From the NCBI RefSeq assembly GCF_009914755.1, contig NC_060925.1: a stretch of 64,000 nt of DNA; one strand, given 5' to 3'. Shown piece by piece: positions 15,545-34,700 of the stretch. Below the pieces are notes generated by a model. The model saw only the letters and a program-made list of their open reading frames with translations. It was not told the DNA's origin and searched no databases. The DNA is from the human T2T-CHM13v2.0 reference genome, Homo sapiens. Numbering within the stretch: the stretch's first letter is position 1; each line of letters starts with the position of its first letter. Both the position numbers and the translations under genes were made by a program.

Positions 15545-15969
15545 TGTTAAAACGCAAACTGAGGTATGATACAATTTTAAAGAGTTTATTTTAAAGAGCA
15601 AACAGCAATTCATGAAACCCAGAAGTGGTTTGAGGGCTCTGTCAAGAGAACACAAGAGGAAAGGTTTTATAAAGCAAACACAAAAGTAAAGTGAAGAAAA
15701 TTATTGATTGGTTGCTGTTACACCATTTTCTTACTCAGTCTATTGTGCTGAAAGTCCCTAGTTGCATAATTATAAGGTAGCTGGTGGCTTCTGATTGGTT
15801 GGTTTTAAGTATCATTTTTCTTTAATATAGGCGTTTACAAGAAATAGCCTAAGTTACGTTTCCCTTATGTTTGGAGATCAAGCAAAGTTGAGGTCATTTA
15901 TGAGGCCTAACTGGCTTTGTCTGTCCAGGGACTCTTCAGGTCTGGTGTCCATTTTAATTTACTTTAACA
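15545..15969 (-). mobile_element. ERV1-class solo LTR (MER101-like)
   Basis: TGTTAAA...TTTAACA termini; near 4-bp TSD ggac/agac; minus strand begins tgttaaagtaaattaaaatggacaccagacctgaaga. Subfamily from memory. Confidence 0.7.
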
Positions 15970-16789
15970 AGACCCTCCTGTTCATGCATACAAATGCTCC
16001 ACAATTCCCACTCAGTTTGAGACCAGGATCATGACACAGTCCAAGCAACATGAGAAGATCCAGAATGCCCTCTCTCAGCACTTCCTCCCACATTAGATAC
16101 TCAGACCAGTGGCAGAGGAGTGCCACCATCCTGGATTGCTAGGGTAAAGACAATCTTCTCAGCCACCTTGGTGACTCCCATCTGCTCATTCCCTGAAGAA
16201 CATCTCTTACTCTGTATTGTTCTGTGTTCTGATGAATGGGTAATATTAGAAGAACCGTCACTGATTGAGCAATTTCAATATGCCAGGCACTGTGTGCTCA
16301 CAGTATACTATTTAATCCTTGAAATTTCTATGAAGCAGGTCCATTTTTAGCCTCAGTTTAAAAATCGGAAATTTAGGCACAGAGAGTTAAATGCAAGTAT
16401 TTTTTCAAGATACTTGCCACAGTTATCTATGCCAACACTATCCCCCTCCTCTGCTCACCAAACACATGACAGATAGCCAGAGAGTGGACTCCCGGGGTGA
16501 TCTGTTGGGCCGTGTTGTGGACCTTCCCCAGAAAGACAGACAGTGTTCAGGATCCTGAGGAGATGGCCCCATCACAGTCCTTTGAGAATTCCCCTTTCCA
16601 TCCCTAGCTTCCCAGAAACTCTGGAAAACTCCTCATCTCCACAGGTCTCAGAGTGATGAAAGTGGCTGTTTTGAAGTCCTTATGATTTTTTGCACAATAA
16701 AACACCCAAGTGCAAAGAAAATAGCTTCATCTTGAACACATACGATGGGAGGAAATGGAGTACCATAAATAGCCAGGAGACCCTTTTGT

Positions 16790-19400
<2,611 letters not shown>

Positions 19401-20282
19401 CAATACAAAATAAAAGTTTTGGGAAAAAAAGGGGAATAAACTAAAAACTGCTAATGTACGAGATCCTTCTCTGGAAACTGCTATAGGGTCCAGGGAACAG
19501 ACAGAAATCCAAGCAGTTAGAATTACTTCCCATGGATCTCAGTCATGTTTCCTCTCATCTCCTGAGATTATAAGATACAGATATCCTTGATGAAAAGATA
19601 ACCCCAGAAAGCCAATCACTTGTCAGTAAATGTTTCTTCCATTGAGATGATATCCAGCCAATTTAAAACTAACAGCCAAGGCTTAGCAATGAGTCCTCAT
19701 GATACTACAACCATGCTGCTGATTTATCACCAAACCCAAGTCAGAGTAATTGATGTTGGGTGCTGCCCTTCCTGGAGACAGAGGCATGGCTCAGTGGCAT
19801 GTCAGCCCCATCATACCATCATAGCAGGAATCAGTGAGCTGGGCGTATGAGTAGTACTTCCTGTGTAAGCCACAGAATCAATACCCTGACCTCTCCTTCA
19901 ATAACAAAGCCCTTTGGGATAACCTAAGTACAAACATCATCCTTGAATAATACAGAGGCATCTTTCCAAAGGATATGGCCAGCACTTATCATTGGGCATG
20001 TCTTAGGGTCAATCCCATATGGGATGATCTCGAGTCAGATGGAAGAGCTATTTACAAGCTCTCAGGTGCTATGATATGCTGATGAAATGACTACATGCAT
20101 ATCCTTGCTCTAAGCACTGATAAAAGATACAAACATCACATCCAGACAAAATATTCAATCTCGTTTCAGAGATACATCACATAAAGCAAAACACAGGTAA
20201 AGCAAGGAGTAGTCTGTTCAAAGTAGAGTTAACTGACCAAGTCAGCTGTACAGGATTTATTCTCTGAAAAAGCAAAGCAGTT

Positions 20283-20536
20283 GGATGGGCACAGTGGTTC
20301 ACGCTTGTAATTCTAGCACTCTGGGAGGCCTAGACAGGAGGATCACTTGAGGCCAGGAGTTTAAGAAGACCCTGGCCAACATAATGAGACTCCAACTTTA
20401 CAAAAAAATTTAAAATTACCTGGGCATGATGGTGTGTGCCTGTAGTTCTAGCAGGAGTTGAAAGCTGCAGTAAGCCCTGATTTGCACCACAGCACTCCAG
20501 TCTGGATGACAGAGCAGGACCTTGTCTCAAAAAAAG
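20283..20536 (+). mobile_element. AluJ with an internal right-arm deletion
   Basis: Diverged Alu (ggaggatcacttgaggccaggagt..., gctgcagtaagc). Confidence 0.85.
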
Positions 20537-20672
20537 GAGGAGGTGGGGGAAGAAAAGAAAAACTTGTAGAAATAGAATAGGGTCACATTACACAGGTCCT
20601 TGAATGTGAAGGGTAAGAGTTTTGGCTTTATCATGAATCAGTGAAAGCCTTTGAGAAGACTTCTTCAATGGT

Positions 20673-20805
20673 AGCATGACTATTTACATTTTCATCCAAA
20701 CTGGGACACAATTGAGATCGAAAAGAAGGTTTATGATAATATATGTCGAGACAAAAGGTATAATCCCAAACTGTTGCTGGCAAACTGGGATGTTTGGTCA
20801 CTCTA
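20673..20805. mobile_element. MER94-like hAT-Blackjack MITE
   Basis: tccaaactgggacac...ggcaaactgggatgtttggtcactcta, ~134 bp. Confidence 0.55.
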
Positions 20806-22037
20806 TTAAGGTCACGGGCAATTATTTCTAGAACAGTTCTAACGAAGAAGAGCTAGAGAGAGAAACTAAGAAGGCGAAAGGCAGAGAAACAGCTAAGAAA
20901 ATATGTACACACAGAGTCACTATAAAATATATGATGTGTGTGTATGTTTATATAAACACACACATTTAGTGTATATATTATTTGGATACCTCAATACACA
21001 TGCACAAACATATTTATATTTTGCAACTACTTGTGAACTAGCTTCACTCTTCCCCTTGTGACCTAGATATCACTAATGCATTATATTGGTCCAGGCTCTG
21101 GAGAATTTTAGATGCTCCCCCAGTATTTCTACCACTGACAGGAAAGAGAGGGTTTTTCCTCACGTTTATTCTGGCTTTAGTACACCTTTTTCTAATTCAT
21201 GAATTAGTTTTATGTTGGAAAAGCTCACCATATTGTTGTACACAAACTTGAACCAGAGAGGAACTCTTGCCCCTTCCCTTCATCTACTGAAAGTAGAGGG
21301 AAAGAAAACACTTTTCAAGCAGAGACAATAGGGGGAAACCTAGGAGGAGGGAGCTGCTGAGGTGCAAAAGCTTCTAGAGGCTCTCCCACCATTTCTTGGA
21401 CAGTGTCCTGCACCTCAGGCCTGGCCTTCCGCCAAGTCCCCCTCTCCCCTTCCATCTCCCCATGTGTGCCCTTACCTCCTTCCCAACAAAGGGTCCTTGG
21501 AAATTCCGGGATTTTTCACTCTACGTGGAGCGATGTAGAGTTCTAGAGTTCTACTCCACACAAATCCCTTCCCTATTCACATTCACAGTCATTCCTACTT
21601 CATAGTCAAAGACATCAATATACTTAGCAGAACAAAGGGGTCTTAAACACTAAAAAAGGAAACAATCGACAAAAACCAAACAACCCCAAATCCCAGATTT
21701 ATACCCCACCCCACCCCCCATCTTGGAAAGCAGCTATGACTTCAAAATACCTATTCCTTTATTGACGCATATGTAGGCATCACATTTTTTAAGGGTCTAT
21801 CATGTCATGGACCTTCTACCAGACTTTTTCCTTATATTATTTTACTGGCTGGCTCAATACCCTGTGAGATATCTGTATCACTATCTGTACTTTTAAACTG
21901 AGGAAGAAACAAGAACAACAAACTGAAAAGGAGTCAAGTTAAGTAATTTTCACAAGTATACACAGCTACTAGGTGGCAGAACCAGGGCAGTTTTCTAGCC
22001 TGTCTGACTGCAAGCTCTTAAATATAATGGAATGCAT

Positions 22038-22380
22038 CAGGGGTCAGCATTTTTTTTTTTTTTAAAACTCTAAGAGATTAAATGTTTTAGGCTTTGGGAA
22101 CCATAGCATCTCTATCCCAGTTACTCAGCTCTCCATTTTAGTGTGAAAAGTACCACAGACACAATCAATAAAATAATAAATGTGGCTCATTATCTAAGTC
22201 AGAGAAATAAAACTTTATGAAGCCTGAAATTTGAATTTAATATAATTTTTATATGTTGTAAAATATTTTCCTCTTTTGCTTTCTTTTCTCAACAATTTAA
22301 ACGCATTAAAAACCTTGGAGGCTATCCAAATCAGACAGCAGGCAGATTTGGGCTGCAGACAGAAGTTAGCTGACCCCCAG
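22038..22380. mobile_element. MER58B-like hAT-Charlie DNA transposon, ~390 bp upstream of the LCE1E TATA
   Basis: Terminal inverted repeats CAGGGGTCAGC...GCTGACCCCCAG and typical internal motifs. Confidence 0.8.
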
Positions 22381-22649
22381 TAGCCTGGAGGATTATTTAG
22401 ACTTAAGAGGGAAAATGTGAAAGAATCTCTGAATTACAGTCCAAACTCAGCTGCCAGAAGCCAATGAGTTCCATGGGCAACAAGAAAGAACAAAGGAATT
22501 GCAGGCCAGTGTGCAAAAACGAGAACTAAAAAGCGGTCAAGGCTGGGATTTACCAGGAAGAATGGGGCAGAAGGTCCTGTATAAATTGTCCCCACCCTTT
22601 GTTTCTAAGCAGCCCTACTCCTATCTAGCAGCAGGTGCCCTCAGCCTGG

Positions 22650-22850
22650 GGAGGGAGGCAGGTGAGGAGCTGCTAGTCACCACCTATCACAGGACCCACG
22701 TGGGTATCAGGGGGCAAGTCCTATCATGCCCAGGCCCTGTCTCACCACAGGAGGCAGAAACCCAGGCTGGGATAAAAGGGCTCAGGGCCAGAGCACCCCA
22801 TTCACTCACTTCCTGAGGTGCCGAAGGACCCTGTGCTGCCTGTGACTTTG
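22650..22850 (+). promoter_or_regulatory. LCE1E: LCE1E core promoter and non-coding exon 1 (~22803-22850)
   Basis: GATAAAA at 22771-22777; CACGTG at 22697-22702; donor TTG|GTATGT at 22851; intron 22851-23820. Confidence 0.87.
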
Positions 22851-23842
22851 GTATGTGTCCTCTGGGAACAGAAGCAGGGGATTCCACAGAGGGATGCTCA
22901 GATCAGGTTAGGAGGAGTGGTGGGCAGGGCTTCCATGGGGGAGGAGACTGGTAACAACTGGGACAGAAAGAATAACTGGTTGGCTGTGCCTTTGGGCTCC
23001 AAAAAAAACTGCTGTAGGGTGGAGCAGTCCTCTCAGGATGGGAAACCTTAAAGCACAGAGACCTGGGGCACTCTGATAGACCACAGGAAGGAAGCCCACC
23101 TCTGAAAATACAACCTTGTCCCTGTCTGCAAGGAAGAGCTGGAGCCATGGACAGGGGACCAGAGGCTCCTTTGGGCTTATGGAACCGACACTTTTATGGG
23201 TCTGGGATTTGTTCACAAATTTCCCAGGTTGATTAGGACACACCAAACCTGAGACTCACCATGCCCACCCATCAGCCTGAGCAGGTGGTAAGCTGAGGAA
23301 ATCTGAGCTCCAGCCTAAGATCAGGAGGCCAGGGTTCAAATTCCAGGGCTGCAGGAATTTATGGGTTTGTCTGTCTCTGCTTCAACAAAGTAAGTTTACT
23401 GAGCCAGTAATATCCAAGATCTTTTGTAGTATGGATATTGCAGAGTAAAACTACCTTGCAAGTTACAAAAGGTAGTGATTACTTTTTCTCTTTAAGAAAT
23501 AATTTTCCCTAAATGACCTATAAATCATATAATTTCAGGGTGTGAAGACATATTTGGAATAATTTCCTCCTTCACTTATAACACTTTGGACTGTCAGATG
23601 CATTTTGTAATATTGTTTGGTCTTAGTTTACAATTTTGTGTAGCAGATAACACACAAGGGTATCCTGAGCTTGCAAAGAGATGATGAGAGAATTTGGGGA
23701 AAGTATTGGAAGTGAAACTACTGGACATGATGTTTCCATAATTATAAGTCATGCTAAGAGTGTCAGAGGGGCAGAGGTGGCCTCTGCCTAGGTCTGATTT
23801 TCTGTCTGACTCTCCCTCAGCTCCTAAGTACCTACTGCCGAG

Positions 23843-24199
23843 ATGTCCTGCCAGCAGAGCCAGCAGCAGTGCCAGCCCCCTCCCAAGTGCACTCCCAAGT
23901 GCCCTCCCAAGTGTCCCACCCCCAAATGCCCTCCAAAGTGTCCCCCTAAGTGCCCTCCAGTCTCTTCCTGCTGCAGTGTCAGCTCCGGAGGCTGCTGTGG
24001 CTCCAGCTCTGGGGGCGGCTGTGGCTCCAGCTCTGGGGGCTGCTGCAGCTCTGGGGGAGGTGGCTGCTGCCTGAGCCACCACAGGCACCACAGGTCCCAC
24101 CGTCACAGACCCCAGAGCTCTGACTGCTGCAGCCAGCCCTCGGGGGGCTCCAGCTGCTGCGGTGGGGGCAGCGGCCAGCACTCTGGAGGCTGCTGCTGA
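23843..24199 (+). CDS. LCE1E: Late cornified envelope protein 1E (118 aa)
   Basis: LCE1 ORF with [11 protein letters not shown] segment; acceptor AG ends 23820; AATAAA at 24441-24446; position in cluster. Confidence 0.93.
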
Positions 24200-25639
24200 A
24201 GTGGACCTTGACTTCCTCTTCCTTCTGATTCTGCCTGAATAGCTGAGAGGTTCCAGCAAAAGCTTGAAGTCTTGCCTGGAGAATCCCTCTGCTCTGGTGT
24301 CAGGAAACCCAAAATCTTTCTCCTTAATGGCATTTAGAGACTTTCTTCTGCAGATCCATGGCTGCCCTGGGAACTCCAAAGCACACACCTACTTCCTCCC
24401 CAGCTCACGCTGCTGTATACTGTGCTGCCTGAACTGAAGAAATAAAATCCAGAATCTGCCCCCCAACTTGCTACCAGCCTGCTTGATTTTCCTGTTTGTG
24501 TCATCCTTGTTCTGCTCCCCTGTGTCTGCTGGTGGCTGCTGAGGCCTTGGTGGACAGAGGATGGGGAAAGGGGTCAGGAGGAAAAAGCTTGCATTTCTGT
24601 GTGTTTTGTGTTTTTTTCTTCTTTCGGTGTTTTCCTTTTAAACCAAGGGACTGAAATAGCATTGAGAAATATTTTTCTTTCAAATTCTGGTTCCTCTCAC
24701 CTATGTAACTGTATACCTTAGGCATGGCCAGGAGGCCGACTTCATCCTCCTTCCCACTATCACCTCTTCATTCTTGTGTTCCTCGTTCCCCACTCCTTCC
24801 ACTAACAATCTCCCTGGACTCCTCCTCCATACTGTATGTGCATGCATTCACACACACATATGTACATGCACATAGATGAGATGAATCTGCATTGTAAAAA
24901 AATTAAATCACATTTAGTGCTGTATAATTTGCATGCAATAAAATTCAATAAAATTAAATGTAAAATTAAATGAGTTTTGTCAAATATTTATAGCTGCATA
25001 ACTATAATTGCAATAACACACCAAAAATGTAGTTAATTTATTGAGAAGATTTTCAAAATAACACAAAATCTAGAATACATAAATGAAAATGTGGATACAG
25101 TTAACCACATTAAAATGAAATTCTAAGTATCAGATAGTACCACTAAAAGCAAGGAAGGATAAAAAATTAACTTGGGAAAATTATAATATATGTGATAGGG
25201 AGATGACTCATATTGGTAAGAAACATAGAGTTCATAAAAACTGAGTAAATAAATGTTCCTATAAAAGTTTTGGCAGAATTCATATTTCATTCACAAATAA
25301 TTAATGAAGAAAACCAATAACTTCTGAAATTAGATTTTAAAAGCAATTTAATCTCATTAATAAAAAGAGCATAGCTCATCTTTTGGGGATGAGAACTCAT
25401 TATTGGTTCACAAGCTTTCTGTGAGCATTTTAGCTTACGAAACATTGTTGTTGAAGCTATGTGGAAATGATCACTTACTCTTTGTAATTTAGAATGCTAA
25501 CTGGCATAACAATTCATGCAAAAGATTTATTTGGTGATTAATTTATTCATTTACCAATACTTATTGGATTTCTAGTATTAGGCAAATGAGGCAAAATATA
25601 ATAATAAAAAATAGATATTTAAGAGTGTTCACTGCTGAA

Positions 25640-30400
<4,761 letters not shown>

Positions 30401-30579
30401 TTCACTGCAAAAATTTAGGAGAGTTCAACACAGTTGCAGTATATCAATATATTAACAATCATAACAACAACAGCAATAAAAATATTTTTAAAATATACTA
30501 TTTAAATAGAATAGAATTTTCTTCTAGACTTTAATAGTATTTTCTCATCACTGTAATTGTTTAAAGGGTTGTAGATATG

Positions 30580-31675
30580 GAAAGAACAAAACAAAGATTA
30601 CTAACTTAACTTGTTACTGGTTATAGAACACATACAAAAAATTATTCCATTTGAATTATTTCTGGTTAGATCGCAATAGTATTCACTCACATCCCATGAG
30701 ACGGTGAATTTTTGACTACCTAAAAGAGAAAAACCTTGACAAATAGGAAATTTCAGAAAGTCAGTGCTTTGCTGGACAAGATATCTTATTTGACCTAATA
30801 GCTAAGCCATGATATCTCATAGCCAAGATTCAAGTTCCAATCTTCCTAATACAACTATGTTGCTGACTCAACACCTACATCTGAGTTATGTCAGTTGAGA
30901 GCTTGGGTGTTGCCCTGCATGAAGACAGAGGCATGGACCAGATGGTATCCCAGCCCTATCATCCTAGATACCAGGAGTTGAACTTCTGAGTAGACCTGCC
31001 ATTGTGACGACCTGGGAACCAATGTCCTGACCACTCCCCCATTACTAAGCCCTTTGGAACAATCTGAGCAGGAGAACAAATGTCATACCCAGGAGGGATG
31101 GTGTCAGACCTCTCAGGGTGATGTGGCCCACACACCTCACTGAGCCTGTCTCAGAGTGTGTCTCCTATGAAGGTGGCCTGAGTCATAAGGAATAGCTGTT
31201 TATAAACTGTAAATCAATGCTAATACCAATGAGAGCATTTAAAAGTCATTAAATATCCATTGTGCACATAGCTCTGTGTTGAAAAACGGAGGTAAAGAAG
31301 TATGAAACACCCAAGGCAGGCCATCAAAGCATTTACTGTTATCTCATTAGAGTGATATGCCACATGAAGGATAAATAAAAAAGTGGGATTGAGCCACACT
31401 GTCCTGGAAGGGTAGAGGCCACGGCATGCACTGCAGGGAGAAGCATAATCAAAGTACAGAATATAATCCAGTTCAGTTTCAGAACATTTCTGAGAGTAGA
31501 TGACAAAGGCTTAAACTAAAGGGAGAACACAGAGTCTTATTTCACTGAAGGAATTTGGACATTTACCCTTATACAGTGTGCAATCATGAACAAGACTTTA
31601 CTAATGATTTAGTGTTAATTATGTACAGGGATGGAAGATGTTTTCTTGGATGTCATAAAAGAACAGAATCAAAGA
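30580..31675 (+). repeat. Low-copy non-coding module upstream of LCE1D, direct paralog of 37800-38891
   Basis: Long shared runs such as atcatcctagataccaggagttgaacttctgagta and ggcctgagtcataaggaatagctgtttataaactgtaaa. Confidence 0.9.
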
Positions 31676-33114
31676 CACACTACAGTGTTTGGAGATACTA
31701 CGTTATCACAGGAGTCTGGGCAGCTGTAATAATTGATGCTCTGAGACAGGTGGTACACACACATATACATCTCTCTCAATATGTATGCTCTGTATATGTG
31801 TTTATAAATATACATGTATCTCCACCACGTTTTGGTTAGGGTCACCATGTCCATTTTGACCTAGATATCATTCCCAAGTTCTGGGCATATCCAGAGTCTG
31901 TCAGGGGCTGGGAAGAAGAGGACTTGTCCCTCATATGGTTTAATCTGGCTTTTCTTGGTCTTCCTCTGAAGAAATAGTTTAATTTGTGGATAACCTTGCA
32001 GTCATGGCTGTCTTAGTGACTAGTGTGTCCTAGAATGAACAGCAGCCCATTTCATTAATATCCTAAAAATGTATAAATTCAGAACACTCCATTCATATAA
32101 ATCCTGTGGACATGTAGAAAGCTAGTGATTCTAGTGGAGAGAGAGGAGAGGGGCTTCCAAAGTAGCAGCATAAACACATTCACATTAAATATTAAGGACT
32201 CTTGTTCTTAAAAGGCACCCGTCCCCTTATGGTCCAGGACGGGGTTCTGCCAGCCATTTGACCCCACATGGAAGCGTAGACTTATAATGTCTCACAACCA
32301 TGTCTCTTTTCTTCCTGTTTCTCATCTGTGACCATCATCCGGTGCTCCCAGTGTGAACCCAGAAAAGTCCAAATTCTCACACCAATACAAAGAGCAGAGC
32401 TGCTGCTTCTTGTTTCTCTAATGAGCTGCTTCCTTGTTCACATCTCAGTGCTGACACATCAAGGACCCCACCAGAAGAAAAGGGCTATTTAAAAGCAAAC
32501 AGATCACCAAACAGCCAGACTCACTCTCATTAGAAAAAAGCTGTGCTTCGTTTGTTAAACAAAGATCAGTATCTTCATTCTGTATTCAGCACGTTATGAA
32601 TGTTTCACTTATTCAGAGCCTACAATGTTTCAGTCTCTCTGTCAGGCACATTTTCTCTTTTTTGTGTTACTTTATTGACTTTCACAACCAACTAATTCTT
32701 CTGTAACTAATTCTTTTTCATCTTCCAGCTTTATGGTTTAAAAAATGGTACAGGCTAAATAGTTTCAACAGTCCCATCTCGCAGGGCCTGGTCCTGGGCC
32801 GGGTTATACTTCCAGGGTTTTACTTGTGTAGATGTCTACACTGCACCCACAGCCACACAGTTTGGTGGTGCACAGGGACAGAAATAAACATGCATGGAAA
32901 CCTCAGGGATTAGTACTTCAACTTCAACCCAGGCTGCACGGAGCATCAGGTACTTCGGAAGAGACAGAAATGAGATAGGTCCTAAGTTCTAAGACTGAGA
33001 ACTGAGAGGCTCTCAGGGCAAGCAGCCTTCAAGTGAATGAGGTAGGTGATGGTAGGAGTCATCCTGGAACCCCGTTTCAAGTAGGCACTTTCCTACCTGG
33101 GAGTGGCTGCCTTG

Positions 33115-33320
33115 AGCCTGGGGAGAGAGGCAGGTGAGGAGCTGTCAGTCACCAACCATCACAAGACCCACGTGGGTGTCAGAAGGAAGGTCCTCTCATG
33201 CCCAGGCCCTGTCTCACAGCTGGGGCAGAGCCCAGGCCAGGATAAAAGGGCTCAGGGCCAGACCACCCCATCCACTCACCTCCTGAGGTGCTAAAGAACC
33301 CTGTGCTGCCTGTGACTCCG
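33115..33320 (+). promoter_or_regulatory. LCE1D: LCE1D core promoter and non-coding exon 1 (~33273-33320)
   Basis: GATAAAA at 33241-33247; CACGTG at 33169-33174; donor CCG|GTAAGA at 33321; intron 33321-34321. Confidence 0.87.
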
Positions 33321-34343
33321 GTAAGAACAGAGCAGGGATGCTCAGAACAGAGCAGGAGGGAAGGAGGGGCAGGGCCTCCGGGGCTAGGGCCATGTTGTCA
33401 GAGGTGGAGAGTTTAGAAAAGACTGAAGGGGCGGGGGCCAAAAGGGGTCTGGCACTAACTGGGAGCAGGAAGGAAAAGAGGAAAAGAGCTGGCGGGCTGT
33501 GCCATGTGCCTTTGAACTCTAGAGGAAACAAACTGCTCTGGGATGAGGTGGGTGTTCCAGAGTGGGAACTTTGAAGCACAGAGACCTGCTCCACTCTGGC
33601 AGCCCACAGGAGGGAAGCCCACCTCTGAAGATACAACCCTGTCTCTGCCTGCAAGGGAAGAACTAGAGCTGTGGACATGGGACTAAAGACTCTTTGGGGT
33701 TTATGAACCCCACATTTTCATGGGTCTGAGATTTGTTCACAAACTTCCCAGCTTGGTTAGGACACACCAAGCCTGAGACCCACCGTGTCATCCCATCAGC
33801 CTGAGCAGGTGGTGAGTGAGGAAGTCTGAGCTCCAACCTGAGATCAGGGGGTCAGGGTTCAAGTACTAGTCTGCAGAAATTGCTAAGTTTATCTGTCTCT
33901 ATTGAAGTGAGTTTACTGACCTAGTAGTCTCCAAGATCCTGCACAATGCTGACCTTCCAAAGTAAAATCGTCTTGCAAATTATGACCAGAGAGAATGACT
34001 GCTTCTTCTCCTTTAAAAATAATTTTCTCTTAAATGACTCATAAATTAGACAATTTCAGTCTTAAGATATATTTGTAATAATTTCTTCCTCCACTGACAA
34101 CACATCAGAATCTTAGATGCATTTTGCAATATTGTTTAGTCTTAGTTTACAGTTGTCTGACATCCAAAGATATCTTGAAAAAGATGATGTGAGATTTTGA
34201 GGAAATTATTGGAAATAAAACTACTGAAGATGATGCTTTTAAACTTGAGAGGTGCTAAGAGTGTCACAGGGGCAGAGGTGGCCTCTGCCTGGGTCTGACT
34301 TGTTATTTGACTCTCCCTCAGCTCCTGAACACCCACCACCGAG

Positions 34344-34700
34344 ATGTCCTGCCAGCAGAGCCAGCAGCAGTGCCAGCCCCCTCCCAAGTGCACTCCCAAG
34401 TGCACTCCCAAGTGCCCCGCCCCTAAATGTCCCCCTAAGTGCCCTCCAGTCTCTTCCTGCTGCAGTGTCAGCTCCGGAGGCTGCTGTGGCTCCAGCTCTG
34501 GGGGCGGCTGTGGCTCCAACTCTGGGGGCTGCTGCAGCTCTGGGGGTGGTGGCTGCTGCCTGAGCCACCACAGGCGCCACAGGTCCCACCGTCGCAGACC
34601 CCAGAGCTCTGACTGCTGCAGCCAGCCCTCGGGGGGCTCCAGCTGCTGCGGTGGGGGCAGCAGCCAGCACTCTGGAGGCTGCTGCGGAAGTGGACCTTGA
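34344..34700 (+). CDS. LCE1D: Late cornified envelope protein 1D, stop-loss allele (114-aa core plus GSGP, 118 aa)
   Basis: [14 protein letters not shown] and GCGSNSGG match recalled LCE1D; one CPPK unit fewer than paralogs; codon 115 (34686-34688) is GGA where paralogs have a stop; acceptor AG ends 34321; AATAAA at 34930-34935. Confidence 0.93.
   Translation: MSCQQSQQQCQPPPKCTPKCTPKCPAPKCPPKCPPVSSCCSVSSGGCCGSSSGGGCGSNSGGCCSSGGGGCCLSHHRRHRSHRRRPQSSDCCSQPSGGSSCCGGGSSQHSGGCCGSGP

Noticed and set aside
19994-20003. Isolated perfect p53 half-sites (GGGCATGTCT here; AAGCATGTCT near 13619; GGGCAAGCCT near 1718)
   Set aside because: No adjacent second half-site; single decamers are expected by chance in 64 kb.
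23594-24388. Long antisense and alternate-frame ORFs over the LCE CDSs (e.g. 23594-24388, 34142-34822, 34239-34877, 12815-13180, 48956-49438)
   Set aside because: Shadow ORFs caused by the stop-poor Cys/Gly/Ser/Pro codon repeats. Starts and ends are not conserved between paralogs, and some use non-ATG starts.
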